Shown here one piece after another: positions 47,753 through 55,887 of a stretch of 55,887 nt of DNA. A model generated the notes under the pieces. That model was given only the letters and a program-made list of their open reading frames with translations, was not told the DNA's origin and ran no database searches. This DNA comes from a virus (Duplodnaviria > Caudoviricetes). Positions within the stretch are counted from its first letter, which is position 1; each line of letters opens with the position of its first letter. The position numbers and the translations under genes were made by a program. The stretch lies in IMG/VR virus record IMGVR_UViG_3300032360_000008, positions 1 to 55,887 of that record, one strand, 5' to 3'.

Positions 47753-48100
47753 TTAGGTCTTTGTCATTTTTCTTGCGATTGACATTTTGTTATATATTTT
47801 GTCGCCAAACCTACAAAACTTTTCCAATGTAAAATGGTGGGTATTACACAAATACATAAATCGTTTGGGATTTGCTACTATCTTTGGATATAGTTCAGTA
47901 TAATATTCTAAAGTTCCTGCATCATTTTTTGGGTAGTTTTTATATATTATATCATTATTCTTTAGATACCACAAATGGTGAACGGTCATTCCACGTTTAG
48001 CAGTTATACAGTTACAAATCCAACAACGACCATTACCAAGTGCAACCTGACCACATTTTATTTTTATAATATTTATATCGTCTTTAATTGTCACTAACAC
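47753..48100 (-). CDS. HNH-like/zinc-binding protein
   Basis: CWIC...VHHLWY...LCNTHH. Confidence 0.55.
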   Translation of the reverse strand: MLVTIKDDINIIKIKCGQVALGNGRCWICNCITAKRGMTVHHLWYLKNNDIIYKNYPKNDAGTLEYYTELYPKIVANPKRFMYLCNTHHFTLEKFCRFGDKIYNKMSIARKMTKT

Positions 48101-48131
48101 TTATATAATCAGTTTATATATAAGCATTTAC

Positions 48132-48353
48132 TTATATAGCACTTGAATCAAATTGTCCTCTTATATACTTGTTAAAGTATGCACCTTTTGACTTTGCCAT
48201 TTTAAATTGTGACCAAGTATCAGGATCTACTCCCTCACACTCATATACTTCGCTTCCACCACTCATATATATCTGCATACGCTGTGTTTCGCTGTCATAC
48301 TTTGCACCTTGAATCCAAGAACTTCCTGCAAAACTATCTGCTGTCATTCTCAA
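48132..48353 (-). CDS. KTSC domain protein
   Basis: SS.I....YD...Q...I....G..Y....V....W..F..A.SKG.YFN..IR. Confidence 0.85.
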   Translation of the reverse strand: MRMTADSFAGSSWIQGAKYDSETQRMQIYMSGGSEVYECEGVDPDTWSQFKMAKSKGAYFNKYIRGQFDSSAI

Positions 48354-48429
48354 TCTCTATACATTCCTCACATATATTTCTTCCCTCTATTGTAAGGTTT
48401 CCACATTTATTTTCACATTGAATTTCCAT
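48334..48429 (-). CDS. 31-aa zinc-finger microprotein
   Basis: MEIQCENKCGNLTIEGRNICEECIEIENDSR*. Confidence 0.6.
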   Translation of the reverse strand: MEIQCENKCGNLTIEGRNICEECIEIENDSR

Positions 48430-48590
48430 TATACTTCTTCTCCACAATTTCTACAAATAAATACTCTATTTTCTGATTCACCATCATATATCCAATCTTC
48501 ATCTGCTGGATAATTATGTGTACATGGCAATCTAGATAATATATCATTCACTACATTTTCTAACTTTGTAATTCTTTCTTCAATATACAT
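48429..48590 (-). CDS. 53-aa zinc-binding protein
   Basis: MYIEERITKLE...PCTH...FICRNCGEEV*. TAATG-coupled. Confidence 0.6.
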   Translation of the reverse strand: MYIEERITKLENVVNDILSRLPCTHNYPADEDWIYDGESENRVFICRNCGEEV

Positions 48591-48790
48591 TATTTTAAAC
48601 TCTCCAATTCCTCGTCACTTGTTTCATTCTGTTCATAATTAACACCCCTGAAATATGAATGTATCTGTGCTGTATTTCTATCATACCATATATAACATAC
48701 AAGTGCAGTTAGAAATATACCAATAAACGGGATAAGTAATAGAAACATACTTAGACTAGGAACAAGGAATAATTTTCTTGCCTTAATCAA
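48590..48790 (-). CDS. Small membrane protein
   Basis: Long hydrophobic stretch LFLVPSLSMFLLLIPFIGIFLTALVCYIW. Confidence 0.6.
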   Translation of the reverse strand: MIKARKLFLVPSLSMFLLLIPFIGIFLTALVCYIWYDRNTAQIHSYFRGVNYEQNETSDEELESLK

Positions 48791-48915
48791 TATATTATAC
48801 TCCTGCTATAATAATGTCCTAAGTAATGACAATCCTTACATTGTTGTTTATCCCAACAATGACGACCACTACACCCACAGGATTTGTAAGTTCTTAAACA
48901 AGTCTTACACCTCAT
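48787..48915 (-). CDS. 42-aa Cys-rich protein
   Basis: MRCKTC...CGC...CWDKQQCKDCH. Same CxxC..CW....CxxC pattern as the repeats in 49543..49971. Confidence 0.6.
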   Translation of the reverse strand: MRCKTCLRTYKSCGCSGRHCWDKQQCKDCHYLGHYYSRSIIY

Positions 48916-49542
48916 TTTAAATTCTCTTTACTTATACACGTTATACAATTACATTTAATTTTATTTTCTTTACACCATGAATGTAATGTTAATTCTTTAA
49001 GCCATATCATTTCAAATTCTCCTTATCTTCATATATTTTTTCTACTATATCTTTAAACATATATTGAATATCTTCTTTAGTTGCACCCCTTGTTATGAAA
49101 TAATCAACAAAGTTTGTAAGAGTTATTGCCATTTTAAAATGATAATCATGGGGAATTTCTCTCATTTTATTCTCCTTATTAGTTCAAAAGCGTGTGCATA
49201 TCCTTCGGCAAGTCCGTTATAATATGCGTTATCTTCCATACTTGTTGTTATACTTGAATCTTTTTCCGCTGTATCTCTAGCAGTTTTTAATATATCCTTT
49301 ATTACTTTCAAGTGTAATCGATCTTCTCTATTCATATTCTTCTCCGCAACTACATGGTATCATATCTAATATATCTAATAATACTTTACAAATTTCTTCA
49401 TTTTTTGGATCTTGTTTCAATTCTTCTATTATATGTTCAATTTCATTTTGTATATAATGTGAATCTTCATCTGATATAGAATTTTCATCTAATATATTAT
49501 TCATATTATACTATACTCATTCCTTAATATAAATCTTTTTTA

Positions 49543-49971
49543 TTACATTAATGTTGCAATATTATATCTACTATTACGATCCATTGATATATATGAACAT
49601 TTAGTACAAACTCTAAAATTTGTTCCTACATGAACTCCCCTTTTATAATAATTTAATCTAACCATAACCTCTCCACATTGACAAACTTTTTTCTTTTTAT
49701 ATTTAATAATTTTAGTAACAGGTGTTATACATATTCCACATAAATCACTTTCCCAACATTTTGCCTTGTTATATATATTGGTTCTAACTAGACCACATAC
49801 TTTACAACTTTGTATTTCTCTTTTTTTCAAATTCTTTACTTCTGTAATTCTATAATTTACTTTCCAACATTTAGAACACACGTTATATTTTTCCCAACAC
49901 ATTGAGTTTAACTTTCTACCTTGTGGTATTCCACACATTTTACATAAGTTATAAATTAATTTTTGTGACAT
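49543..49971 (-). CDS. Multi-zinc-finger protein
   Basis: Two CxxC...CW....CxxC units plus CQCG...CTKC. Confidence 0.7.
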   Translation of the reverse strand: MSQKLIYNLCKMCGIPQGRKLNSMCWEKYNVCSKCWKVNYRITEVKNLKKREIQSCKVCGLVRTNIYNKAKCWESDLCGICITPVTKIIKYKKKKVCQCGEVMVRLNYYKRGVHVGTNFRVCTKCSYISMDRNSRYNIATLM

Positions 49972-50073
49972 TTACCTTCTTATACTATCACAAAGTCTGC
50001 ATATAAATCCTCTCATATAATAAAATCTCAAGTTACCTACAAATGTTTCTTTTTTACATTCAGAACAAATCAT
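49972..50073 (-). CDS. 33-aa zinc-finger microprotein
   Basis: MICSECKKETFVGNLRFYYMRGFICRLCDSIRR*. Confidence 0.6.
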   Translation of the reverse strand: MICSECKKETFVGNLRFYYMRGFICRLCDSIRR

Positions 50074-50206
50074 TTTGATTCCATATATTTTTCAAAAGTC
50101 CAAGTTCCTTCAACCCATGCTTCTAATTTTTTGGGGTTTGATATAGTTTCCATTACAAAAATATATCGAGCATTATTAATTTTTGATTTGCATACAGGAC
50201 AATCTT

Positions 50207-50395
50207 TCAATTTTCTTCTCCGTACATACATTTGTTACACCAATCTTCAAGCGGTAAAACTGTATCACATTCATATATTCTTTGGTTACAACCATTACAT
50301 ATTTCATATTTACCGTTATCGTCTTTACCTGTTATAATTTCAGGCTCATATCGTGAAGCAATATATGAATCTATAAGATAATTTACGTCAGGCAT
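50207..50395 (-). CDS. Zinc-finger protein
   Basis: CNGC...WCNKC. Confidence 0.6.
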   Translation of the reverse strand: MPDVNYLIDSYIASRYEPEIITGKDDNGKYEICNGCNQRIYECDTVLPLEDWCNKCMYGEEN

Positions 50396-50570
50396 TATTT
50401 CAAGTCCTCTTTTTTGTCACATTCCCAACAGAAAAAGTCAGAACCTATCATTACTTTTTTTCCACAATCACACCAAAGCTCATATTCAGGATAGTCGTCA
50501 TTTTTAAAATTCTCTATCTCTTTTTTTGTATATGGAATTTTTGCAAATTTTATTTGTTCTTGTACAGAAA

Positions 50571-50777
50571 TCAATCTAAATCATTCCTCATATCTTCATG
50601 GTTTGGATTAGCATTACATTCAGCACAACAACTTATACAATAATCTATCGATTGCATATCATTACCTATTCCATATTCGTGATCGCAAATTTCCTCGCTT
50701 CCACAATCGTCACAAAATATATCATAGTCGTTTTCTCTTGGGTTATTCATTCTAACTACCATATTAGTTAATACCAA
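50571..50777 (-). CDS. Acidic Cys-rich protein (true start probably the MNNP ATG)
   Basis: CDDC..C.H...CISCCAEC. Confidence 0.6.
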   Translation of the reverse strand: MVLTNMVVRMNNPRENDYDIFCDDCGSEEICDHEYGIGNDMQSIDYCISCCAECNANPNHEDMRNDLD

Positions 50778-50810
50778 TACTTCAATATATATCTTTGTAA
50801 TAAAAAAAGA

Positions 50811-51107
50811 TTAAGCAGGGGTTATAATAACACCCTTTTTTAATCCTCTCAATTTCTTTTGTTTCCACTTGATTTCTTTTTCAAGTTCTGTTGCTTCTTT
50901 CTTTATTTCTTTGGGTAATATTTTGTTATAACACTTCATACAATATTCGTTATATTGCATACACCCATACGAATTATAATCTAGTTGTTCACGCATAAGT
51001 TGATCACCCGATTTTAATTCTACTCGGCATTGTCCACACCAAGTTCCCCAACGTCTTTTTCGGGCTTTAGATTTGTAAAAATGGGATATTGCCATTATAA
51101 TCCACAT
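50811..51107 (-). CDS. Zinc-finger plus coiled-coil protein
   Basis: KARK...CGQC...G......YCMKC. Confidence 0.65.
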   Translation of the reverse strand: MWIIMAISHFYKSKARKRRWGTWCGQCRVELKSGDQLMREQLDYNSYGCMQYNEYCMKCYNKILPKEIKKEATELEKEIKWKQKKLRGLKKGVIITPA

Positions 51108-51274
51108 TTCCTTAATTCTCGATCTACGGATTCTTTTTCTTCGTCTGCGATTGAATCAAAATATTCAGACAAGATTTCAAATCCTTTTTTGTAGTTTGGG
51201 TTTGTCATACCTCTCTATACATTATTAATTATATATATTGTGCCAAGTACACCAAGATCACCAAGTAATTATAC

Positions 51275-51296
51275 TTAGTATAGTACACTATACTAA
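51275..51296. promoter_or_regulatory. Perfect 10-bp inverted repeat TTAGTATAGT-ac-ACTATACTAA (operator-like)
   Basis: Read directly from the sequence. The half-site resembles the TACTATAC element in the 49.5 and 52.9 kb promoters. Confidence 0.5.
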
Positions 51297-51330
51297 TATA
51301 AACACATATATTGAAGTTACACTATACTAT

Positions 51331-51541
51331 TGTTATCAAGCAGAAAGCAATAAGTCAAGTCATTCTTGATAGGTTTAACACACCGATAACCAAGTGCTAA
51401 AGTGTTAATGCTTGATAGTGGTCTTGGAACACAGCCCACTTAAATCGTGAGTGTTTCCAGACGGGTTTAGGTAATACCGTATTAAATATTATACCTAACT
51501 CATTCATACCCCTGAAATTTAAGGGATTTTTTTTCGGGGGT
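51331..51541 (+). ncRNA. Candidate ~210-nt structured RNA (three-way junction plus three hairpins)
   Basis: Stems 51331-42/51409-20, 51355-59/51365-69, 51375-81/51402-08, 51421-32/51451-62, 51467-73/51492-98 and 51508-17/51532-41. Several G-U pairs on the + strand. Confidence 0.5.
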
Positions 51542-51616
51542 TATTATTATTTTAAATATACTATCAACCTCAGTTTTTTATCAAAATTTTTATCTGGGCT
51601 TCTGTAATTCACGGGG

Positions 51617-51818
51617 TATATCATATATTATATATCCTGCATATCTTCCATAGCAGGTGGTGACAAATTACTATATAAAGACACTATATAAACGCAGGAC
51701 AGGGAGGCAGGACAAAAAAAATTATATGATATATGATATATGAATCCCCCCCAGCAGGATGATCATCTCCATCATCAGGATGATGTTTCGCTGGATATAT
51801 AATATATCATATAATTTT
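51617..51818. repeat. Inverted-repeat region with GGATATATAATATAT and GCAGGA boxes
   Basis: Perfect 17-bp IR at 51718-34/51802-18 enclosing CCAGC/GCTGG and CATCATC/GATGATG. The box occurs at 51637(-) and 51793(+). Confidence 0.75.
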
Positions 51819-51936
51819 ACCAACCACTACACTTCAGATTAAACTGTACGGAATAACCATACGGTTTTTAATACTTATATACTTCTATAAAATTTATATT
51901 AAAAATATGACTTGATAAAAAAAGAAAATTTTTTGG

Positions 51937-52161
51937 TTATACACCAAAAGTTTGAGAATCTTCGCCCTGCATTTTCTTTAACATTTTTGCACAAGCAAAA
52001 CCTAAAGTTTCTTTAAGTTCTGTTAATATAACTTTGGTTTCTCCCTTAGTTATACCAAATTCTTCTCCCGATTGATATAAAAGTTCGGTGGAATGTTCTT
52101 TAGGCACACTTGTTATAATTACCCCTGCAACAGCACAGAACATTTCTTTATTGGTGATCAT
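51937..52161 (-). CDS. Hypothetical protein
   Basis: 74 aa, overlapping the upstream stop. Confidence 0.6.
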   Translation of the reverse strand: MITNKEMFCAVAGVIITSVPKEHSTELLYQSGEEFGITKGETKVILTELKETLGFACAKMLKKMQGEDSQTFGV

Positions 52162-52616
52162 TTAAATTCTCCACCATTTTTGTTTTCATACGACATATTA
52201 AAAGTTTTACCATACTTTAAAACTTTTTGGCATAGTTCTTTTGATTCTTCCCATTCTTCTTCACCGTCAGAACTTACTTTAATTCTATTACCAAAATATT
52301 TTTTGGCTATTATTAAAGCACAACATACAGCTATATCGTATTCTTTTCTTGCAGTTTTGCAAAAGTCAAAATATTCAATCTCTCCTGTATGTGATTTTTC
52401 CAATGGGTTTGTTCTATTCATTGTGAAAGTTTCGTGAGCTTCTTCACCTATACCATTAAAGATCATATTTTCACCATTTACATTAAACTTTTGGTTTGTT
52501 TCGTGATCTAATTTGTCTATAAAATGGGGTAAGATTTTGATAAAGTCATTAGCAAAACCTCTCCATAAAGTTACAGGAAATTCTTCGGTTATATTCCAAT
52601 AATGTGTATAACCCAA
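52158..52616 (-). CDS. Conserved phage protein of unknown function (MGYTHYW family)
   Basis: MGYTHYW, FNG....HETF, FCKTARK.YD and VSSDG...W. Confidence 0.75.
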   Translation of the reverse strand: MGYTHYWNITEEFPVTLWRGFANDFIKILPHFIDKLDHETNQKFNVNGENMIFNGIGEEAHETFTMNRTNPLEKSHTGEIEYFDFCKTARKEYDIAVCCALIIAKKYFGNRIKVSSDGEEEWEESKELCQKVLKYGKTFNMSYENKNGGEFK

Positions 52617-52621
52617 TTATA

Positions 52622-52864
52622 TCACCCTAACTCCATGACTATTGGCAAAGCTAGATCAGTTTTGCTCAAATCTTCTCCTTTAAATATACTTCGGACTAAT
52701 ACTTGTTCCGTTCCGTTTGAGTGATATTTTTTATCACAATCTTGGCAATATAACCAACCCTCATACCAACTAAGGTCTTCAAGGGCAACAAATTTTTGAT
52801 CACTTACCTGCTTATTACATATATCACATAATAAACAATCTTTTGGGATTTCTATTCGTTCCAT
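52622..52864 (-). CDS. Zinc-finger protein
   Basis: CDIC...CQDC. Has its own promoter. Confidence 0.7.
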   Translation of the reverse strand: MERIEIPKDCLLCDICNKQVSDQKFVALEDLSWYEGWLYCQDCDKKYHSNGTEQVLVRSIFKGEDLSKTDLALPIVMELG

Positions 52865-52898
52865 GTTATACTATACACATACTTTAATATAAATCTTT
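52865..52898 (-). promoter_or_regulatory. Conserved early-type promoter AAAGATTTATATTAA...GTATAGTATAA-N-ATG
   Basis: Near-identical copy at about 49505-49538, with variants near 50770-50796 and 54869-54905. BRE-like AAAGA precedes the TATA. Confidence 0.7.
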
Positions 52899-53037
52899 AA
52901 AAAATAAAAATAAAAAAATTATTCTCTTGTTTTTTGCCAACAACTTAAACAAATTTCAACGTTTTCTTTTCCACGCCTTACATATATAACGCCTTTTTCT
53001 GTTATGGTTTCGCCTTTACAATCTATACATATATTAT

Positions 53038-53154
53038 TCAAAATCCAAATTCCTCTATTCTTTTTAATTCGTCTTTAAGTGTTTTTTCCATACATATTGG
53101 ACAACCACCCGCTACACCATTATGATATAATTTATGATATGAGCATTTATTCAT
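53038..53154 (-). CDS. 38-aa zinc-binding microprotein
   Basis: MNKCSYHKLYHNGVAGGCPICMEK...*. Confidence 0.6.
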   Translation of the reverse strand: MNKCSYHKLYHNGVAGGCPICMEKTLKDELKRIEEFGF

Positions 53155-53293
53155 ATATAGGATCTCCTTGTGTAGTATTTCTATGTTGAATTTGTGCTTT
53201 ACTATGCCATATATTATGCCTAGATATTCTTTTCATATAATCGGGATCAGCATTGTCAAAAGTCATAGTACATAAAGAGCATTTTTTAATCAT
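53147..53293 (-). CDS. 48-aa C2H2-type zinc finger
   Basis: MIKKCSLCTMTF...RHNIWH...*. Confidence 0.6.
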   Translation of the reverse strand: MIKKCSLCTMTFDNADPDYMKRISRHNIWHSKAQIQHRNTTQGDPIYE

Positions 53294-53434
53294 GGTTATT
53301 CCTCGTTTTAATTGCAAGTTCTGTTATATATTCATAACCGCTTGGGTTATCTGCTTCTCTCCAAATTGAAATATATATGGAATCTTTTTTAAAGTCCAAA
53401 TCTACAATTCTTTTTCCATATTGTACGGTTTTTT

Positions 53435-53686
53435 TCATTGTATAACCTCATATTGATCGTCACATTCAGGCACGATAGCAAAGTTTGATCCATTGTCAAA
53501 CTTACACCAAATTTGAGTAAAGCCACCGTCAAAATTTACTTTATTTATATCATATACCGTTCCAATATACTCATTATTTATTAAGTCAGTATATGGATCG
53601 TTAGTTTTTACCAACTTTACACGATTTCCAATTTTTACATTCATATTATTATCATTACATTTAGGCAATATATATCTTTCATTCAT
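53435..53686 (-). CDS. DUF4314-like protein
   Basis: G.RVKLV...DPY......GTV..I......QI...FDNGS..AIVP..D.Y. Confidence 0.7.
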   Translation of the reverse strand: MNERYILPKCNDNNMNVKIGNRVKLVKTNDPYTDLINNEYIGTVYDINKVNFDGGFTQIWCKFDNGSNFAIVPECDDQYEVIQ

Positions 53687-53888
53687 TTTGTAATACCTCT
53701 AATAATATTCTTTTTTGTGCGTTTAGTTGTCTTATATCGTCAATTAATATATTATGATCGTCATAATGACCAACTCGATCTTCACGTTCATAACACCAAG
53801 TATTATCAAGCATTTTTAATTCTTCTAATTTTTTTGATATATCTTGAATTAAAGACATTAATCTTAAAGCTGATAACATTATATACAA
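53679..53888 (-). CDS. Hypothetical coiled-coil protein
   Basis: ORF within the coupled - strand run. Confidence 0.55.
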   Translation of the reverse strand: MYIMLSALRLMSLIQDISKKLEELKMLDNTWCYEREDRVGHYDDHNILIDDIRQLNAQKRILLEVLQNE

Positions 53889-54292
53889 AACTCCTGACTT
53901 AGTGTAAGTTTTTCTGTTCGACTTTTCATTTTAACTCCTCTAAATTGAGTTTCTGATATAATTATATCAGGTAAGTCTTTTTTTATTGCTTGAATCATTG
54001 GTAAGGGAATTAAAATTATATCAGGATTATTATTAGACATTAAAATTTTAACTATTTCTTCTTTTAATTCAGAACTTAAGCCAAAACTTAAAGAATTATT
54101 ATTAATTTCAATTCCTCGTATAATTTGTTTAGATATATGAGATATAAAATTAACTTTTAACCTTTCTGATCTTTCAGGATCACAAGCTTTTAAAGTTTCG
54201 CCTGTATTAAAATTAAATTCATGTGGGCTTGAAAAATTACCCACAATTAAACCATTTTTTAAAGTCGTTACAGGCATATTATATACGGTCAT
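53879..54292 (-). CDS. Hypothetical protein
   Basis: 137-aa ORF with NFSSPH.F.F..G..L.AC motif. Confidence 0.65.
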   Translation of the reverse strand: MTVYNMPVTTLKNGLIVGNFSSPHEFNFNTGETLKACDPERSERLKVNFISHISKQIIRGIEINNNSLSFGLSSELKEEIVKILMSNNNPDIILIPLPMIQAIKKDLPDIIISETQFRGVKMKSRTEKLTLSQEFCI

Positions 54293-54353
54293 TTTATATC
54301 GTTTTCTCCTGTTACTTCTTTATCAAAGTCCAATATATTTTCCATATCTGAAT

Positions 54354-54593
54354 TTAACAAAATATATCATTTTCCTTTATATATTCTTCAATATGCTTTT
54401 TTGCTTCTTTAAATGTTGGATCAGTTTGTTTTGTATAACCAAAACTAAAGCAATCTATACAAATTTTTTCCTCGTTAAAGTATTCTTGTTTATAAAATAC
54501 ATTAACGGTTTTTGATTCGTTCCATTCAAAAATATATGGATTATTATCAAAGTTAAAAAGAATATATGATTCCATTATTTCAAATCCTCGCAC
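54354..54593 (-). CDS. Hypothetical protein
   Basis: 79-aa ORF. True start is possibly MESY. Confidence 0.6.
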   Translation of the reverse strand: MRGFEIMESYILFNFDNNPYIFEWNESKTVNVFYKQEYFNEEKICIDCFSFGYTKQTDPTFKEAKKHIEEYIKENDIFC

Positions 54594-54868
54594 ATTTGTT
54601 TTTTAACTTCATTTTCTTTGTAGTCCAAATATTCAATAGTGTTTTGATATATCAATCTTAAAGTTGTATTTTGGAGTAAATGAATTTGATCCATAATTGG
54701 TATATCGGCATTTTGAACTAAATCGGTAAGGGCTACACTTAAGGATTTTATTTTTTGTAAGTCGGTTTCAACTTGTCCAACATTGTTTAAATCATGGTAA
54801 ACTTTGATCGCATATTCCATGCTTTTTTCTTCTTTATATGTTGGTCTATTTTCTTGACTTGTTGTCAT
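54575..54868 (-). CDS. Hypothetical protein
   Basis: 97-aa ORF with TTTATATA about 30 nt upstream. Confidence 0.65.
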   Translation of the reverse strand: MTTSQENRPTYKEEKSMEYAIKVYHDLNNVGQVETDLQKIKSLSVALTDLVQNADIPIMDQIHLLQNTTLRLIYQNTIEYLDYKENEVKKQMCEDLK

Positions 54869-54974
54869 ACATTATACCATACTAAAAAGATATATAAATA
54901 TATCTCGGATTTTGGATCTTTTTTAGGCGTAAATCTTTAAAAATTTCTTTATTCGAGTTTAGAAACATTTTTTA

Positions 54975-55038
54975 TTAGATATACTTTAGATATACTTTAG
55001 ATATACTTTAGATATACTTTAGATATACTTTAGATATA
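54975..55038. repeat. 11-bp tandem repeat (TTAGATATACT) x5.8
   Basis: Units start at 54975, 54986, 54997, 55008, 55019 and 55030 (partial). Intergenic. Confidence 0.95.
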
Positions 55039-55530
55039 TTATATATTTTTTTCATTCAAATATTGAAAATATAAAAATGGTAATGGCAAATAATTATTTT
55101 TTATTCTTAATAATGCGATCATATTTTTTGGGATCTCTATTCCGTAATATTCAGATCCATAACGATCAGAATGTCCACTAGTATTAATTGATAAAGTAGG
55201 ATCTATTACTTCATTATTTTCATTAATTAAAAAGGCGTGTTCAATAGGGATCAAACTCATTGTATAACCTTCTATATATTTTAGATTTTCTTCTTTATAT
55301 ACTGCTTTATAGCAATTATCAAAACACCTTTTAATTTTTGTACGGTTTCTTTTTTGGACTTTAACAGATTCAGTTTTATTAATTATATGATATAATTTGG
55401 CATTTTGTTTAAACCATTTGTGATATTTTTTTGTGTTATCCATATATTTAGAAAGTTGATCAACATATTCTATTAATTCTGACTTTAACAAATCAGGTTT
55501 TGATATATCATATAATTTATTTTCTGACAT
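55039..55530 (-). CDS. Transglutaminase/papain-like Cys-His-Asp protein
   Basis: CFDNC, YIEGY, IEHAF, VIDPT and YYGI.I. Confidence 0.65.
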   Translation of the reverse strand: MSENKLYDISKPDLLKSELIEYVDQLSKYMDNTKKYHKWFKQNAKLYHIINKTESVKVQKRNRTKIKRCFDNCYKAVYKEENLKYIEGYTMSLIPIEHAFLINENNEVIDPTLSINTSGHSDRYGSEYYGIEIPKNMIALLRIKNNYLPLPFLYFQYLNEKNI

Positions 55531-55610
55531 TTTAAAAATCCTCTAAAGTAAAATTTTCATATAATTTACTTTTTAAATTTGGTTTTTTACGACTTTGAAA
55601 TTTTAACATT

Positions 55611-55887
55611 TTAAATCATTCCTAAAACTTTATTATAATTTTCTTCATTTTTATTTTCAATATATGAATCAAAAGCAAATGCAACTTTAATATTTTTCTT
55701 AACTGCTTTTGCTATTTTTGTTTTGAAAAAATTGTTAAACTCATATAATTTTTCATTTTCATTTTCTGATTCTGATTCTGATTCTGATTCTGATTCTGAT
55801 TCTGATTCTGATTCTGATTCTGATTCTGATTCTGATTCTGATTCTGATTCTGATTCTGATTCTGATTCTGATTCTGATTCTGATTCT
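55611..55887 (-). CDS. C-terminal part of a protein with a (Glu-Ser)n tract, truncated by the window edge
   Basis: The - strand reads (ES)n ENENEKLYEFNNFFKTKIAKAV...KVLGMI*. Confidence 0.55.
   Translation of the reverse strand, partial: ESESESESESESESESESESESESESESESESESESESESENENEKLYEFNNFFKTKIAKAVKKNIKVAFAFDSYIENKNEENYNKVLGMI
55764..55887. repeat. Perfect hexanucleotide tandem repeat (TTCTGA) x20+
   Basis: Runs to the end of the window. Confidence 0.95.

Noticed and set aside
51420-51470. Archaeal ORB origin box (TTTCCAG)
   Set aside because: The match is only partial, there is no clear repeated ORB or orc1/cdc6 gene, and the segment is explained as a stem arm.
51751-51794. Hammerhead-like words on the - strand (CGAAAC ... 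CTGATGA)
   Set aside because: Only 6 nt separate the two core segments, too few for stems I and III and a cleavage triplet. The local palindrome explains the words.
4094-53902. Many short track ORFs nested in or antisense to large genes (e.g. 4094, 4884, 8102, 9877, 21215, 25576, 40924, 44183, 52093)
   Set aside because: They overlap well-supported genes, lack promoters or motifs, and have the composition of shadow frames.
54975-55038. Mini-CRISPR array
   Set aside because: The units are contiguous with no spacers.
1-55887. Provirus, tRNA genes, amoC, inteins
   Set aside because: I could not recognise an integrase, att-flanked host genes, a tRNA cloverleaf or an amoC-like protein. PolB, MCM, RadA and TerL are of normal length.

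Overview
The window is a large, probably near-complete genome fragment of an AT-rich tailed dsDNA virus (Caudoviricetes, long non-contractile tail architecture) infecting an archaeon. The host is most plausibly a marine Nitrososphaerota (Thaumarchaeota), inferred from archaeal-type RadA, a primase-MCM fusion, an archaeal-type PolB, and TATA boxes about 29-32 nt upstream of leaderless starts. The + strand from about 1.5 to 44 kb carries, in order: radA, portal, prohead protease, scaffold, capsid, neck, tail tube, a tail chaperone with a -1 frameshift, tape measure, baseplate, exonuclease, terminase, a 12-kb fibre/receptor-binding cluster, two DNA methyltransferases and primase-MCM. The - strand from 44 to 55.9 kb and from 1 to 1.5 kb carries PolB, two more methyltransferases and dozens of short, often Cys-rich ORFs. 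I found no integrase, tRNA, CRISPR array or host housekeeping block. The most notable signals are: (1) a 4+3 cluster of TGATCA hexamers at 2308-2510 resembling the methylation-gated pac site of phage P1; (2) two noncoding loci, each a hairpin array with G-U pairs followed by the same GGATATATAATATAT box; (3) a modular fibre system with a 33-repeat His-ladder protein and anchor domains split across gene pairs; (4) a stand-alone 32-aa peptide resembling the C-terminal Cys tail of class II ribonucleotide reductase; and (5) many unannotated zinc-finger microproteins. All family calls come from motif recognition by eye, not from database searches.
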